A DNA stretch of 34,362 bases, from positions 1-34,362 of the forward strand of contig CAZXFC010000002.1 in the NCBI GenBank assembly GCA_964640425.1. The letters are read 5' to 3'. The position numbers and the translations under genes were made by a program. Source of the DNA: an uncultured Candidatus Saccharibacteria bacterium (GTDB taxonomy: Bacteria > Patescibacteriota > Minisyncoccia > UBA11713 > 2-01-FULL-45-33). This document shows, one piece after another, positions 8,882 through 17,974 of this stretch. Each line of letters starts with the position of its first letter. Position 1 is the stretch's first letter. The notes under the pieces were generated by a model. The model had not been told where the DNA came from. It did not search any database and saw only the letters and a program-made list of their open reading frames with translations.

Positions 8882-10031
8882 GGTTTTAAGAGACTATTGT
8901 GTGGCAAAACTACCATGCGCCTTGCTTCGCATGAGAAGCAAAAGAGGCGCTTTTGCGTTTATCGTGCATCCGCGAGACGCCGAGGATGTTTATAAAAAAT
9001 TTCCGATGGCTCGCCCTTTATCCAAAAGCTTGCTGTTTGGATTCTTACGGCATTTTTGGCCCATAGTAGTATCGGAGGTTACCGGGCTGAAAAAATACGA
9101 TTCAGATATTCCAATCAGAGGGTGGATAATTACCATTCCTTTGACGGCGCATCAGATTATGGAAAATCGCGCAAAAGCCACGCGATTGATAAAACGCTCT
9201 TTGAAAATTGCAGCCTGGAATGGCGCGGATATTGTCGGATTAGGAGCATTGACTGCATCTGTTACAATGCGCGGATTTTTGATGCGTAGTTATTTGAAAA
9301 AAATGAATATGAAATTAACTACCGGCGCCGCTTTTACATCGGCGAATATCGTAGAAAATGTTTTAGGGTTGATGAAAGAACTGGATCGGCCGCTAGACAA
9401 GACTTTCATAAGCATTGTCGGCGCGGCGGGAGCCATAGGTTCGATAACAGCCGAATGTCTCGCTCATAATGGAGCAAGAAATTTTTTATTAATCGATGTC
9501 GACAGAAAAGATCTAAGACTCTCAAAGATAGCCGCGCGTCTTAAAAAAATCGGCAACGACATCAACGTGGAAGTCTCGCACAAAGTCGGGGATGTTAAAA
9601 GGACAAATTTTATCGTAACCGCAACCAATGCTCCGGAAGCGCTGGTTTTAAGCGATGACGTAAACCCGGGCTCTGTTATAGTGGACGACGCACAGCCGTC
9701 CGATGTCCATCCGGAAATCATTCTGGCAAGAGATGACGTCATAGCCGTCGAGGGCGGTTCAACGCACGCCCAAGATATCAATCCGAATGTTAGCTTCGGC
9801 TTAAAGCACAAAAACGATATATTTTCGTGCTTAGCCGAAACAATGATACTCGCGTCATTCGGTTACAACGAAGACGTAAACGCGTATCCCATGAAAGTCA
9901 GTACTGTTAACTGGATATATGAATGTGGCGGCAAACTCGGCTTTCGCAGGGCAGAATATCAAAATTTCAGCAAAGTTTACGGCAAGAATGAGCTTCTACA
10001 ATTCAAACAACGATTTAGCCGGATAACATAA
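8862..10031 (+). CDS. Acyl-ACP-reductase-like / COG5322-type NAD(P)-dependent dehydrogenase
   Basis: FAFIVHP, GADIVGLGALT, LTTG, Rossmann VGAAGAIG, DDAQP and FSCLAETMIL motifs. Confidence 0.75.
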   Translation: MAKLFYEVLRDYCVAKLPCALLRMRSKRGAFAFIVHPRDAEDVYKKFPMARPLSKSLLFGFLRHFWPIVVSEVTGLKKYDSDIPIRGWIITIPLTAHQIMENRAKATRLIKRSLKIAAWNGADIVGLGALTASVTMRGFLMRSYLKKMNMKLTTGAAFTSANIVENVLGLMKELDRPLDKTFISIVGAAGAIGSITAECLAHNGARNFLLIDVDRKDLRLSKIAARLKKIGNDINVEVSHKVGDVKRTNFIVTATNAPEALVLSDDVNPGSVIVDDAQPSDVHPEIILARDDVIAVEGGSTHAQDINPNVSFGLKHKNDIFSCLAETMILASFGYNEDVNAYPMKVSTVNWIYECGGKLGFRRAEYQNFSKVYGKNELLQFKQRFSRIT

Positions 10032-10060
10032 AAAGGCTTTCCAGAGCGAAAGCCTTTTTT
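10030..10060 (+). terminator. Intrinsic (bidirectional-type) terminator
   Basis: AAAAAGGCTTTC-CAGAGC-GAAAGCCTTTTT. Confidence 0.8.
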
Positions 10061-10097
10061 ATTTTGTAAAGCTCCGGTAAATTGATATAATATTCGC

Positions 10098-11762
10098 ATG
10101 CTCTTCAGGACAGAAATCATCAATATCATTCTTTTGTTGGTGGCGGTTATAAATACTATGCTGGGCATAATGATATATGCCAGGAATCGTTCTGCCGCGG
10201 TTAACAGGATTTATTTTATAAATATAGCGATGATCGTCTGGTGGATAGCCGGCATGATTCTATACAGATCCGTTGAAACAGATTTTATTTATTGGACAAA
10301 ATTTTTATATATCGCCTCAACCTGCGTCGCAAGCACTTTTTTATATTTTAGCTATTATTTCCCTAAAGCGCCCGGACCCGTATCGGCATGGATAACAACT
10401 GCTATTTTTAGCGTTAACGCGTTAATTATTTTACTGATCATAAACGGCGAATATATCATCAAAAATATTGTTTTGGAAAACGGCCGAATCGCCGCGATAA
10501 TTTTCGGTCCTTATTATTGGTTTTTTTCGCTTTATATAATCGGTTTTATGGGAACCGGCTTGGGAAGATTGCTTTTAAAAATGCGCGTTTCAAATGATGC
10601 TCTTGAAAGAAGGCAAATAAGCTATTTGCTTTTCGGCTACATGATTGCGGCGAATTTGGCAATAATAACGAATTTGATCATGCCTTGGGCGGGTTATTTT
10701 CTCTTCTTTTCTATCGGACAAATATTCACTCTATTTATGGTAGTGCCGGTAACCTATGCCATCCTGAGCTACAATCTTTTCAACATCAAGGTCATCGCGG
10801 CGGAAGTATTGGTGACTAGCATTATAATAGCGCTTTCGATCGAATTATTTTTTTCTCAGAGTCTAACGGAGGCGGCGCTTCGCAGCGGATTGCTTTTATT
10901 GGTAATGGTGTTCGGATATTTTCTTATTGAAAGCGTCTATCAGGAAATTCGATCCAAAGAAAAAATAGAAAATCTGGCAAACGCGCTGGAAGCCGCGAAC
11001 ATCGAGTTAAAAAGGCTCGACCGCGCGAAATCGGAATTCATTTCCATCGCGTCCCACCAGCTGCGCACCCCGCTCACAATAATCAAGGGCTATCTTTCCA
11101 TGATCCGGGAGGAAAGCTTCGGCAAAGTTTCCGCCGGTTTATCTTCAACCGTAAATAAAATGTATCTTTCGAACGAGCGCCTTATAAAATTGGTCAACGA
11201 CTTGCTTGACCTCTCGCGCATGGAATCTGGCCGCATGAAATACGAATTCGCCGAAATGGACCTGGAAGAGGTCATTGATTCCACGGTTGATGAGTTTCAG
11301 CTTCCGGCTAAAGACAAAGGCATCAAATTGGTCTGGAAAAATAACCAGAAAGAATATCCTAAAATTTGGGGTGATGCATGGAAATTGCGGCAGGTTGTTT
11401 TTAATCTTATTGATAATGCATTAAAATATACAAGTTCCGGCCATATTGAAATAAAGCTCGAAAAAGAAGATGATGGTCTTACGCTAACGGTCCGCGACGA
11501 GGGGATTGGCATGACCTCGGAAACTCTTGGCGCGATATTCCAAAAATTCGTGCGGGGACGCGAAGGCGAAGTGGCAAAAGTTAACGCCGTCGGCGTGGGA
11601 CTCGGGCTCTTTATCGCAAAACGTATCGTCGATGATCACAACGGCAAAATCTGGGTAAAATCCGAAGGAGAAGGAAAAGGCAGCATGTTTTTTGTAAAAT
11701 TGCCGCTCGCATCGTTCCGCAAAAAAAATACGCAATTAGTTGAATTTATTAATACAACATGA
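10098..11762 (+). CDS. Membrane sensor histidine kinase (multi-TM N-terminus, HisKA + HATPase_c)
   Basis: H-box ASHQLRTPLT, N-box NLIDNALKY, DEGIG and GVGLGL; no response regulator in the window. Confidence 0.92.
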   Translation: MLFRTEIINIILLLVAVINTMLGIMIYARNRSAAVNRIYFINIAMIVWWIAGMILYRSVETDFIYWTKFLYIASTCVASTFLYFSYYFPKAPGPVSAWITTAIFSVNALIILLIINGEYIIKNIVLENGRIAAIIFGPYYWFFSLYIIGFMGTGLGRLLLKMRVSNDALERRQISYLLFGYMIAANLAIITNLIMPWAGYFLFFSIGQIFTLFMVVPVTYAILSYNLFNIKVIAAEVLVTSIIIALSIELFFSQSLTEAALRSGLLLLVMVFGYFLIESVYQEIRSKEKIENLANALEAANIELKRLDRAKSEFISIASHQLRTPLTIIKGYLSMIREESFGKVSAGLSSTVNKMYLSNERLIKLVNDLLDLSRMESGRMKYEFAEMDLEEVIDSTVDEFQLPAKDKGIKLVWKNNQKEYPKIWGDAWKLRQVVFNLIDNALKYTSSGHIEIKLEKEDDGLTLTVRDEGIGMTSETLGAIFQKFVRGREGEVAKVNAVGVGLGLFIAKRIVDDHNGKIWVKSEGEGKGSMFFVKLPLASFRKKNTQLVEFINTT

Positions 11763-13195
11763 ACCCCGGGGTAAAAAAAATAGATCTGATAAAGACCCAT
11801 GAATATTTAGATAAAGAAATCCAGCTTATGGGCTGGATAGATGCCAGGCGCGATCACGGTAAGCTTATTTTTTTTGACCTGAGAGACCGTTCCGGAAAAA
11901 TACAACTGGTCGTACCGCCCGCAGACAAAGCGGTTCACGCGCTCGCCGACACTTTGCGCTCCGAATGGGTTGTAAAAATTTGGGGAGCCGTAAAAAGCCG
12001 CCCTGAAGGAATGATAAATCCAAAAGAAGGAGAAGCGGGTAAAATTGAAGTTAAAGTTTCCAAGATAGAAATTTTATCGGAGTCGCGTACTCCGCCGTTT
12101 GACGTCACATTCGGAGGATTGGAATTGGGCGAAGAAATAAGAATGAAATACCGCTATATAGACCTCCGTCGCGAACGCATGAGAAATAATCTTATCAATC
12201 GCGCGCGCGTCACAAAATTCATCAGAGATTTTCTTACCGATAAAGAATTTATCGAAGTGGAAACTCCGCATCTTTCAAAATCTACGCCCGAAGGAGCCCG
12301 GGATTATTTGGTGCCTTCGCGCATCGAGCCGGGAAAATTTTATGCGCTTCCGCAGTCCCCTCAGCAATACAAGCAGCTTTTAATGATAGGCGGAGTCGAG
12401 AAGTATTTTCAAATCGCGCGCTGCTTCCGCGATGAGGACACCAGGGGCGACCGCCAGCCTGAATTTACGCAACTTGATCTTGAAATGAGCTTTGTGGAAG
12501 CGGAGGACATTATCGCATTAAACGAAGATTTATTGATAAATATCGCAGAACAACTTTATCCGGAGAAAAAAATACAAGAGAAGCCCTTTCCGCGCCTTAC
12601 ATACAATGAAGCAATGGAAAAATTCGGCACCGACAGGCCGGACCTCCGCAAAAATAAGGATGACGAAAATTCGCTTGCGTTTTGCTGGATTACGGATTTC
12701 CCGTTTTTTGAAAAAATTGAAGCGGGTGCCGCGCACTCCGAAGCCTCGGCGAAGGAGTGGACTTTTACCCACAACCCTTTCTCGGCGCCGAAACAAGAAC
12801 ACATGCCGTGGCTTATGAAAAAAGAGCATATCGGCCAAATATTGACCACGCAATACGATATCGTGTTGAACGGTTTTGAGATTGGAGGAGGAAGCATGCG
12901 AAACCACAAGCCGGAAGCGTTAAAAAAAGTTTTTGAAATAATGGGATTCTCCGATAGCCGGATTTCGGAAAATTTTGGACATATGCTCGAAGCACTGTCC
13001 TACGGCGCGCCTCCTCACGGAGGCATCGCCTGGGGCTTTGACCGGCTAATGATGCTTTTACAAAATGAACCGAATATTCGCGAGGTCATGGCGTTCCCGA
13101 AAACGGGCGAGGGCCACGACCCGATGATGGATGCCCCTTCCATTGTAGAAAAAAAGCAGCTCAAAGAGCTGCATATTAAGATTGAGGAAAAATAA
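11759..13195 (+). CDS. aspS: Aspartate-tRNA ligase, short form lacking the GAD domain, probably non-discriminating
   Basis: RRDHGKLIFFDLRD, STPEGARDY, LPQSPQQYKQLL, RCFRDED and PPHGGIAWGFDR. Confidence 0.95.
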   Translation: MNPGVKKIDLIKTHEYLDKEIQLMGWIDARRDHGKLIFFDLRDRSGKIQLVVPPADKAVHALADTLRSEWVVKIWGAVKSRPEGMINPKEGEAGKIEVKVSKIEILSESRTPPFDVTFGGLELGEEIRMKYRYIDLRRERMRNNLINRARVTKFIRDFLTDKEFIEVETPHLSKSTPEGARDYLVPSRIEPGKFYALPQSPQQYKQLLMIGGVEKYFQIARCFRDEDTRGDRQPEFTQLDLEMSFVEAEDIIALNEDLLINIAEQLYPEKKIQEKPFPRLTYNEAMEKFGTDRPDLRKNKDDENSLAFCWITDFPFFEKIEAGAAHSEASAKEWTFTHNPFSAPKQEHMPWLMKKEHIGQILTTQYDIVLNGFEIGGGSMRNHKPEALKKVFEIMGFSDSRISENFGHMLEALSYGAPPHGGIAWGFDRLMMLLQNEPNIREVMAFPKTGEGHDPMMDAPSIVEKKQLKELHIKIEEK

Positions 13196-13220
13196 AAAGC
13201 GGTTTATTTGCCGCTTTTTT
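13195..13220. terminator. Bidirectional terminator between convergent genes
   Basis: AAAAAGCGG-TTTATTTG-CCGCTTTTT. Confidence 0.75.
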
Positions 13221-13227
13221 GATTTTT

Positions 13228-13764
13228 TTATTCGGCGAAAATGCGCTTGGACATGCAATCAGACTCCTGAAAACCCAATATCTCGCAGCCATGCTCATAA
13301 AACCTTATGACATTGTCAAAATCAAGTTGCATCAGTGATACCGCAAATTGAATTGCCGCCTGTTCATTGCCTGTTTGCAGAAGCAGATGACCCATCTCGT
13401 GCGCCAGTATAAATTTTAATTCTTCATCATCAAAATTTTTGAGAGCCGTGCTTGCGACAATAATATAATTACCTTTGAGATTAGCTCCGGCTAAGGCCTT
13501 ACCCCACCATAAACGTACGCTGAATGCGGTTACATTGATATCAAAACCCAAGCACTTCTCTTCATCTCCGAGGTCCGGAAGCTTTCGGCAAACTTCCCGG
13601 CGCAAGCCGTCTAATCTGTGTTCATATTTTTGTATTTTGAAATAATTCAGCAAATACAGCGGATCGTCACGGCCGGAAAAAAAGATTATCAAGCCGGACA
13701 AAATAAAATATGCTGAAACCAACAAAATCAATGCATTGAGCGCAAAAACGAAAGATTTTTTCAA
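13228..13764 (-). CDS. Membrane-anchored M48-like zinc metallopeptidase
   Basis: N-terminal TM segment; EELKFILAHEMGH (HExxH). Confidence 0.7.
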   Translation of the reverse strand: MKKSFVFALNALILLVSAYFILSGLIIFFSGRDDPLYLLNYFKIQKYEHRLDGLRREVCRKLPDLGDEEKCLGFDINVTAFSVRLWWGKALAGANLKGNYIIVASTALKNFDDEELKFILAHEMGHLLLQTGNEQAAIQFAVSLMQLDFDNVIRFYEHGCEILGFQESDCMSKRIFAE

Positions 13765-13889
13765 GCTAAAACTCCTTCCAAAATTTCTATTACAAATAAA
13801 GCATATTTACTCTATATCTGTCAAGTTTAGTGCCGGACATTTCAGTTCCATGGCTCCGGTCAAACCCGTGGCACCAGCCTTAAATACAG

Positions 13890-13929
13890 ATAGTACCTAT
13901 CTTGCACGACCGATAATTTTAGGTACTAT
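13890..13929 (-). repeat. 40-bp site, left copy (overlaps promoter TTGCAC-16-TACTAT)
   Basis: ATAGTACCTA...TAGGTACTAT arms; its reverse complement matches 14630-14669 at 27/40 positions without gaps. Confidence 0.75.
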
Positions 13930-13935
13930 AGGCCC

Positions 13936-14595
13936 ATGCCGAAACATACGCCAATTTACTTTAAAGACCCTAAATTCTCTGAAGCCGATAAAAATAAATT
14001 GCGGCAATTCATGGAAAAACACCCGAAAGCCGCTTCAACCACAAAAGTTCTGCTTGCTTTAGCGGTATTAGGCGGCGTTCTAACCATAGCAGCGGCAGTA
14101 CCGGGATTAACCAGATTTGCCGGACCGCTTAACAAATCGCGTAAATCCTACGACCATGAAAGATACAGAAAATTATGGGAGCGGTTCAATGCCTTAAAAA
14201 AGCGTAATCTTTTTGAGTTGAATGGTGAAAGCGCAGATGGCGGAATGATCTATCAATTTACAAAAAATGGACGAACTATGGCAAAAAAATTCTTATTGGA
14301 TACCTTGGAGATCCAATCTCCAAATAAATGGGATGGAAAATGGCGCGTCATAATTTTCGACATTCCGGAAAAATATAAAAAGGCAAGGTTTGCGCTTTAT
14401 CATAAATTAAAGGATCTGGGTTTTTATCAGTTGCAAAAAAGCGTTTGGGTCCATCCTTTTCCGTGCTTGGCCGAGATCAATTTTCTTAAAGACGTATTTG
14501 ATATACAGCCTTTCGTTGAAATTTTTACCGCGGATGACATTGCGAACGGCAAAATAATGCATTACTTTCAGGATTTACTGAAAAATCGTTTGTGA
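13936..14595 (+). CDS. PaaX-like protein (wHTH-like region plus Cas2-like ferredoxin-fold domain)
   Basis: KWDGKWRVIIFDIPE...LKDLGFYQLQKSVWVHP. Confidence 0.8.
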   Translation: MPKHTPIYFKDPKFSEADKNKLRQFMEKHPKAASTTKVLLALAVLGGVLTIAAAVPGLTRFAGPLNKSRKSYDHERYRKLWERFNALKKRNLFELNGESADGGMIYQFTKNGRTMAKKFLLDTLEIQSPNKWDGKWRVIIFDIPEKYKKARFALYHKLKDLGFYQLQKSVWVHPFPCLAEINFLKDVFDIQPFVEIFTADDIANGKIMHYFQDLLKNRL

Positions 14596-14629
14596 CCTCA
14601 TCGCACTCCATTATTTCCCTATTATTCCC

Positions 14630-14669
14630 ATAGTGCCTAAAATACACGGTCGTAGTTTTTACACACTAT
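14630..14669 (+). repeat. 40-bp site, right copy (inverted relative to the left)
   Basis: ATAGTGCCTAAAATACACGGTCGTAGTTTTTACACACTAT. Confidence 0.7.
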
Positions 14670-14716
14670 GTCTTTAATGAATAAAAAATCGCTGACACCA
14701 AATAAAAACCAGCTGC

Positions 14717-15292
14717 TTATTTTTGCCGCTGGTATTTGGTCCAAATTTTTTGGAAATCTTCTTTGAATACTGCGATTAATATTTCATCGTGGTATTTACC
14801 ATTTCTGAAGCTTTGCTTTTTTCTTATGCCTTCGGATTGATATCCGCATTTTTTATTGTACGATAAACTTTTTTTGTTGTCGGATAAAACTGTGGCTGTA
14901 ATTTTGCGGAGATTAAGCGAATTAAAAGCATAGTTTAGCAGTATCATTTTTGCATCAGCGCCATATCCTTTATTTTGATATTCTTTTTTCCCTATCAGCG
15001 TCCCTGTTTCAGCGGTTCTATTAACCCAATCGATGCTAAAAAGACCGATTGTGCCTATGGATTTTGCGTCCAACGTTTCTATAATTAAGAAACAATTCCC
15101 TGTGCCTGAAGTTAAGGGTTCTAGTTCATCAGCTTCTGTTTTTAAAGTATGCGGAAATTGCATAAAAGTAGGGAAGTAGCGCCTGATCTCTGGATCACTA
15201 ACCCACCGCAAGCAATTTTTTAAATCCTTCTCCTTATCGTATGGCCGCAAATTTACCTTTTGGCCGGAAAGAAAAACAATGTTATTTTCCAT
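14717..15292 (-). CDS. GNAT N-acetyltransferase, RimJ/RimL family
   Basis: VNLRP, IGTIGL..IDW.NR.AE.G, YQNKGYG and AFNSLNLRKI. Confidence 0.9.
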   Translation of the reverse strand: MENNIVFLSGQKVNLRPYDKEKDLKNCLRWVSDPEIRRYFPTFMQFPHTLKTEADELEPLTSGTGNCFLIIETLDAKSIGTIGLFSIDWVNRTAETGTLIGKKEYQNKGYGADAKMILLNYAFNSLNLRKITATVLSDNKKSLSYNKKCGYQSEGIRKKQSFRNGKYHDEILIAVFKEDFQKIWTKYQRQK

Positions 15293-16661
15293 TTTTCGCC
15301 TCTACCGGCTTAAATCTCGAAGTAAAGTGCCGGAGTTGCTGTGCCTCAAATTCAAACTTGAAGCCTTTTATCTGCTCCCGTTTTTCCAGAATGGCTTTGA
15401 ATGTATCGGCTACATAATCAAAATGGCTGTTGTCGTATGTGCGATGGGGAATTGCAAGGCGCAAAAGCTCCATTGCCGCCCGGCGCTCTTTTTTTGTTGT
15501 CGGATCTCTTCCTTCCAGGAGCGAACCTACTTCCACGCTGCGTATTCCGCCTTTCAAATAAAGCGCGCAAGCCAGGGCGTGGCCCGGGAATTGATGCCAG
15601 GGAATATGCGGCAAACATTTGCCGGCGTCCACAAAAATAGCATGCCCGCCTATCGGTCGAATAAAAGGCACTCCTATTTCGTGCAATTTTTTACCCAAAT
15701 ATCTTACTTGGGAAATTCTATACGCCAAATAATTTTCTTCGATTCCTTCCTTGATACCGATGGCGAACGCTTCCATAGTGGCGCCGGTCATTCCGCCGTA
15801 TTCCATCCCGCCCACAAATGCGATTGAATACGGAAGCATTCTGTAAAACAATTTTTTGTCCCGCAGGGCGATAAAACCTCCGCCGGGAGATAAACAATCT
15901 TTTTTACCGCTCATCAGCATGCCGTCCGCCAAATCAGACATATGCCGCGCAGTCAGGATGATATCCATACGCAAAAACTCCGGCTCACGCTCCCTGATAA
16001 AAAATGCATTCTCCGCAAACCTTGCGCCGTCCAGAAAAAAAAGTATTCCATGCTTTTTACAAAGCCGCGATACTTCAGAAATATTTTCCAGCGATGCCGG
16101 CTGCCCTCCGACCTGATTGCAAGTTATTGTGTGAAGCACGTACGGAATTCGCCTATGATATTTTTTGAAAGCCCATTCAAGCTTGGCAATGTCCATATTT
16201 CCTTTAAAAGGGTGGTTTGAAGCGTTGTCATATGCCTCATCAATCGTGCAATTAAGCGCGCTGCCTCCCATTATCTCAATATTTGTTTTGGTGGTGTCAA
16301 AATGCGCGTTGCCCGGCACAATAGAACCTTTCTTTACCATCGTAAAATCAACAACATGTTCAGCGCCCCGTCCTTGCTGCACCGGAATAATATGCGGAAA
16401 ACCGAATACATCCACAATAGTTTCTTTTAACCGGCGAAAGCTTGGCGATCCGCAATAAGCCCGGCTCGCTTTATTCATTGCCGAACACTGCGCCGCGGAC
16501 AATGCGCCTGTCCCTGAATCGGTTAAGAGGTCGATCGTCACGTCTTCCTCCGCGAGAGGGAATGGGTTGTATCCGGCTCCTTGCAAATTAGCAAGTCTCT
16601 TTTCCCGTGTTGTCATCATTATAGGTTCAACCGTTTTGACTTTATAAGGCATGATGGCCAT
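15282..16661 (-). CDS. tnaA: Tryptophanase (PLP-dependent beta-eliminating lyase)
   Basis: IDLLTDSGT, QQGRGAE, HFDTT, MSGKKD (PLP Lys), GGHAIFVDA. RSVEVG and LRHFT favour tryptophanase over tyrosine phenol-lyase (ERG, LRFFT). Confidence 0.85.
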   Translation of the reverse strand: MAIMPYKVKTVEPIMMTTREKRLANLQGAGYNPFPLAEEDVTIDLLTDSGTGALSAAQCSAMNKASRAYCGSPSFRRLKETIVDVFGFPHIIPVQQGRGAEHVVDFTMVKKGSIVPGNAHFDTTKTNIEIMGGSALNCTIDEAYDNASNHPFKGNMDIAKLEWAFKKYHRRIPYVLHTITCNQVGGQPASLENISEVSRLCKKHGILFFLDGARFAENAFFIREREPEFLRMDIILTARHMSDLADGMLMSGKKDCLSPGGGFIALRDKKLFYRMLPYSIAFVGGMEYGGMTGATMEAFAIGIKEGIEENYLAYRISQVRYLGKKLHEIGVPFIRPIGGHAIFVDAGKCLPHIPWHQFPGHALACALYLKGGIRSVEVGSLLEGRDPTTKKERRAAMELLRLAIPHRTYDNSHFDYVADTFKAILEKREQIKGFKFEFEAQQLRHFTSRFKPVEAKNGK

Positions 16662-16710
16662 ATCAAAAAACTCCTCAAAATCTGCCCTTTATGCTAGACT
16701 ATTTGTGAAT

Positions 16711-17430
16711 ATGTATCAATTCAACCTGGAAAAATTTTCCGGCCCTTTGGACCTTCTGCTCTCCCTTGTTGAAGAAGAGAGACTTTCTATAAATGAAATA
16801 TCCCTATCCAAAGTTGCCGATGAATATATTGCGTACCTAAAATCTTTGGAGGAAATGCCCAAAGAGGAGCTAGCGGCGTTTTTGGTCATTTCCTCAACTC
16901 TTATGCTTATCAAATCGCGCTCTTTGATACCAAACCTCAAACTCTCAAATGAAGAGGAAATAGACATCAAAGATCTTGAACGGCGCCTCAAAACTTATAA
17001 ATTCTTTAAAAAGCTGGGAGAATCACTCCGGGGCCTTAAAAAACAAGGGAGGCATCTGTTCGGCCGCGAAGCTTATGTGGGAATGCGGGCTGTATTTTTT
17101 CCGCCGAAAGATCTCACGAAAGAAACTCTCGCTAAAACAGTGGAAGAACTTTTGACGGCAATTCCCGCAAAAGAATCTTTGCCGGAAGATACGCTAAAAA
17201 AAGCAATATCACTCGAAGAAAAAATGGAAGAGCTTAGAAGCCGCCTCGAAAACATGATGGCAGTGAATTTTTCCGCAATAGGCGGATCCGCTTTGGGCGG
17301 AGAAGGAAAAATTGATAAAGTCGAAGTCATCGTAAGCTTCCTGGCGCTTTTGGAACTCGTCCGCCAAGGATTCGCCATATTTGAACAAAAAGGAACATTT
17401 GCTAATATCGAAATGAAAAAAAATGGATGA
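16711..17430 (+). CDS. scpA: Segregation and condensation protein A
   Basis: FSGPLDLLLSLV...IKSRSL...FLALLELVRQG. Confidence 0.93.
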   Translation: MYQFNLEKFSGPLDLLLSLVEEERLSINEISLSKVADEYIAYLKSLEEMPKEELAAFLVISSTLMLIKSRSLIPNLKLSNEEEIDIKDLERRLKTYKFFKKLGESLRGLKKQGRHLFGREAYVGMRAVFFPPKDLTKETLAKTVEELLTAIPAKESLPEDTLKKAISLEEKMEELRSRLENMMAVNFSAIGGSALGGEGKIDKVEVIVSFLALLELVRQGFAIFEQKGTFANIEMKKNG

Positions 17431-17974
17431 ATTAAGCAAAAAAATTGAGGCGCTGCTTTTCGTTGCGGGGGAAGGAATGACTGTCCCGCGGCTTGCTTCG
17501 ATTTTGAAAAAGAACGACGACGAAATCCAAAAGGCGCTCGCCGAATTAGAAGCGCACTTGGCGAATTCGCACGCTCTCTCGCTTCTCCGCGACGGCGACC
17601 ATGTTGCGCTGGTTACGGCCAATGAGGTTTCCAAAATCGTTGAAGATTTCGCGAAAGAAGAATTTACTGAAGAATTGACGCGGGCGGGCCTGGAGACTCT
17701 GGCTATAGTCGCTTACAAAGAACCTGTCAAACGCTCGGAAATCGATTATATAAGAGGAGTCAATTCGTCTTTTATGGTGAGAAATTTACTTATGCGCGGG
17801 TTACTGGAGCGCGTGCGCGATCAAAAAGACGCGCGCGCTTATTTTTACAGGATATCTTCCGACTTCCTTAAGTTCCTGGGCCTTTCCTCCCGCGCGGAAC
17901 TTCCCGAATATGGAAATTTTGCCGCAAAACTCGAGGAATTTCTGAAAGAAGATGCGGGCAATGAAGAAAAATAA
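17423..17974 (+). CDS. scpB: Segregation and condensation protein B
   Basis: IEALLF, LETLAIVAYKEPV.RSEIDYIRGVNS and FLKFLGL. Confidence 0.95.
   Translation: MDELSKKIEALLFVAGEGMTVPRLASILKKNDDEIQKALAELEAHLANSHALSLLRDGDHVALVTANEVSKIVEDFAKEEFTEELTRAGLETLAIVAYKEPVKRSEIDYIRGVNSSFMVRNLLMRGLLERVRDQKDARAYFYRISSDFLKFLGLSSRAELPEYGNFAAKLEEFLKEDAGNEEK

Noticed and set aside
15279-16458. Long antisense/shadow ORFs (e.g. 15279-15827, 17801-18406, 19819-20340, 33508-34350)
   Set aside because: They overlap well-supported genes on the opposite strand and lack recognisable motifs.
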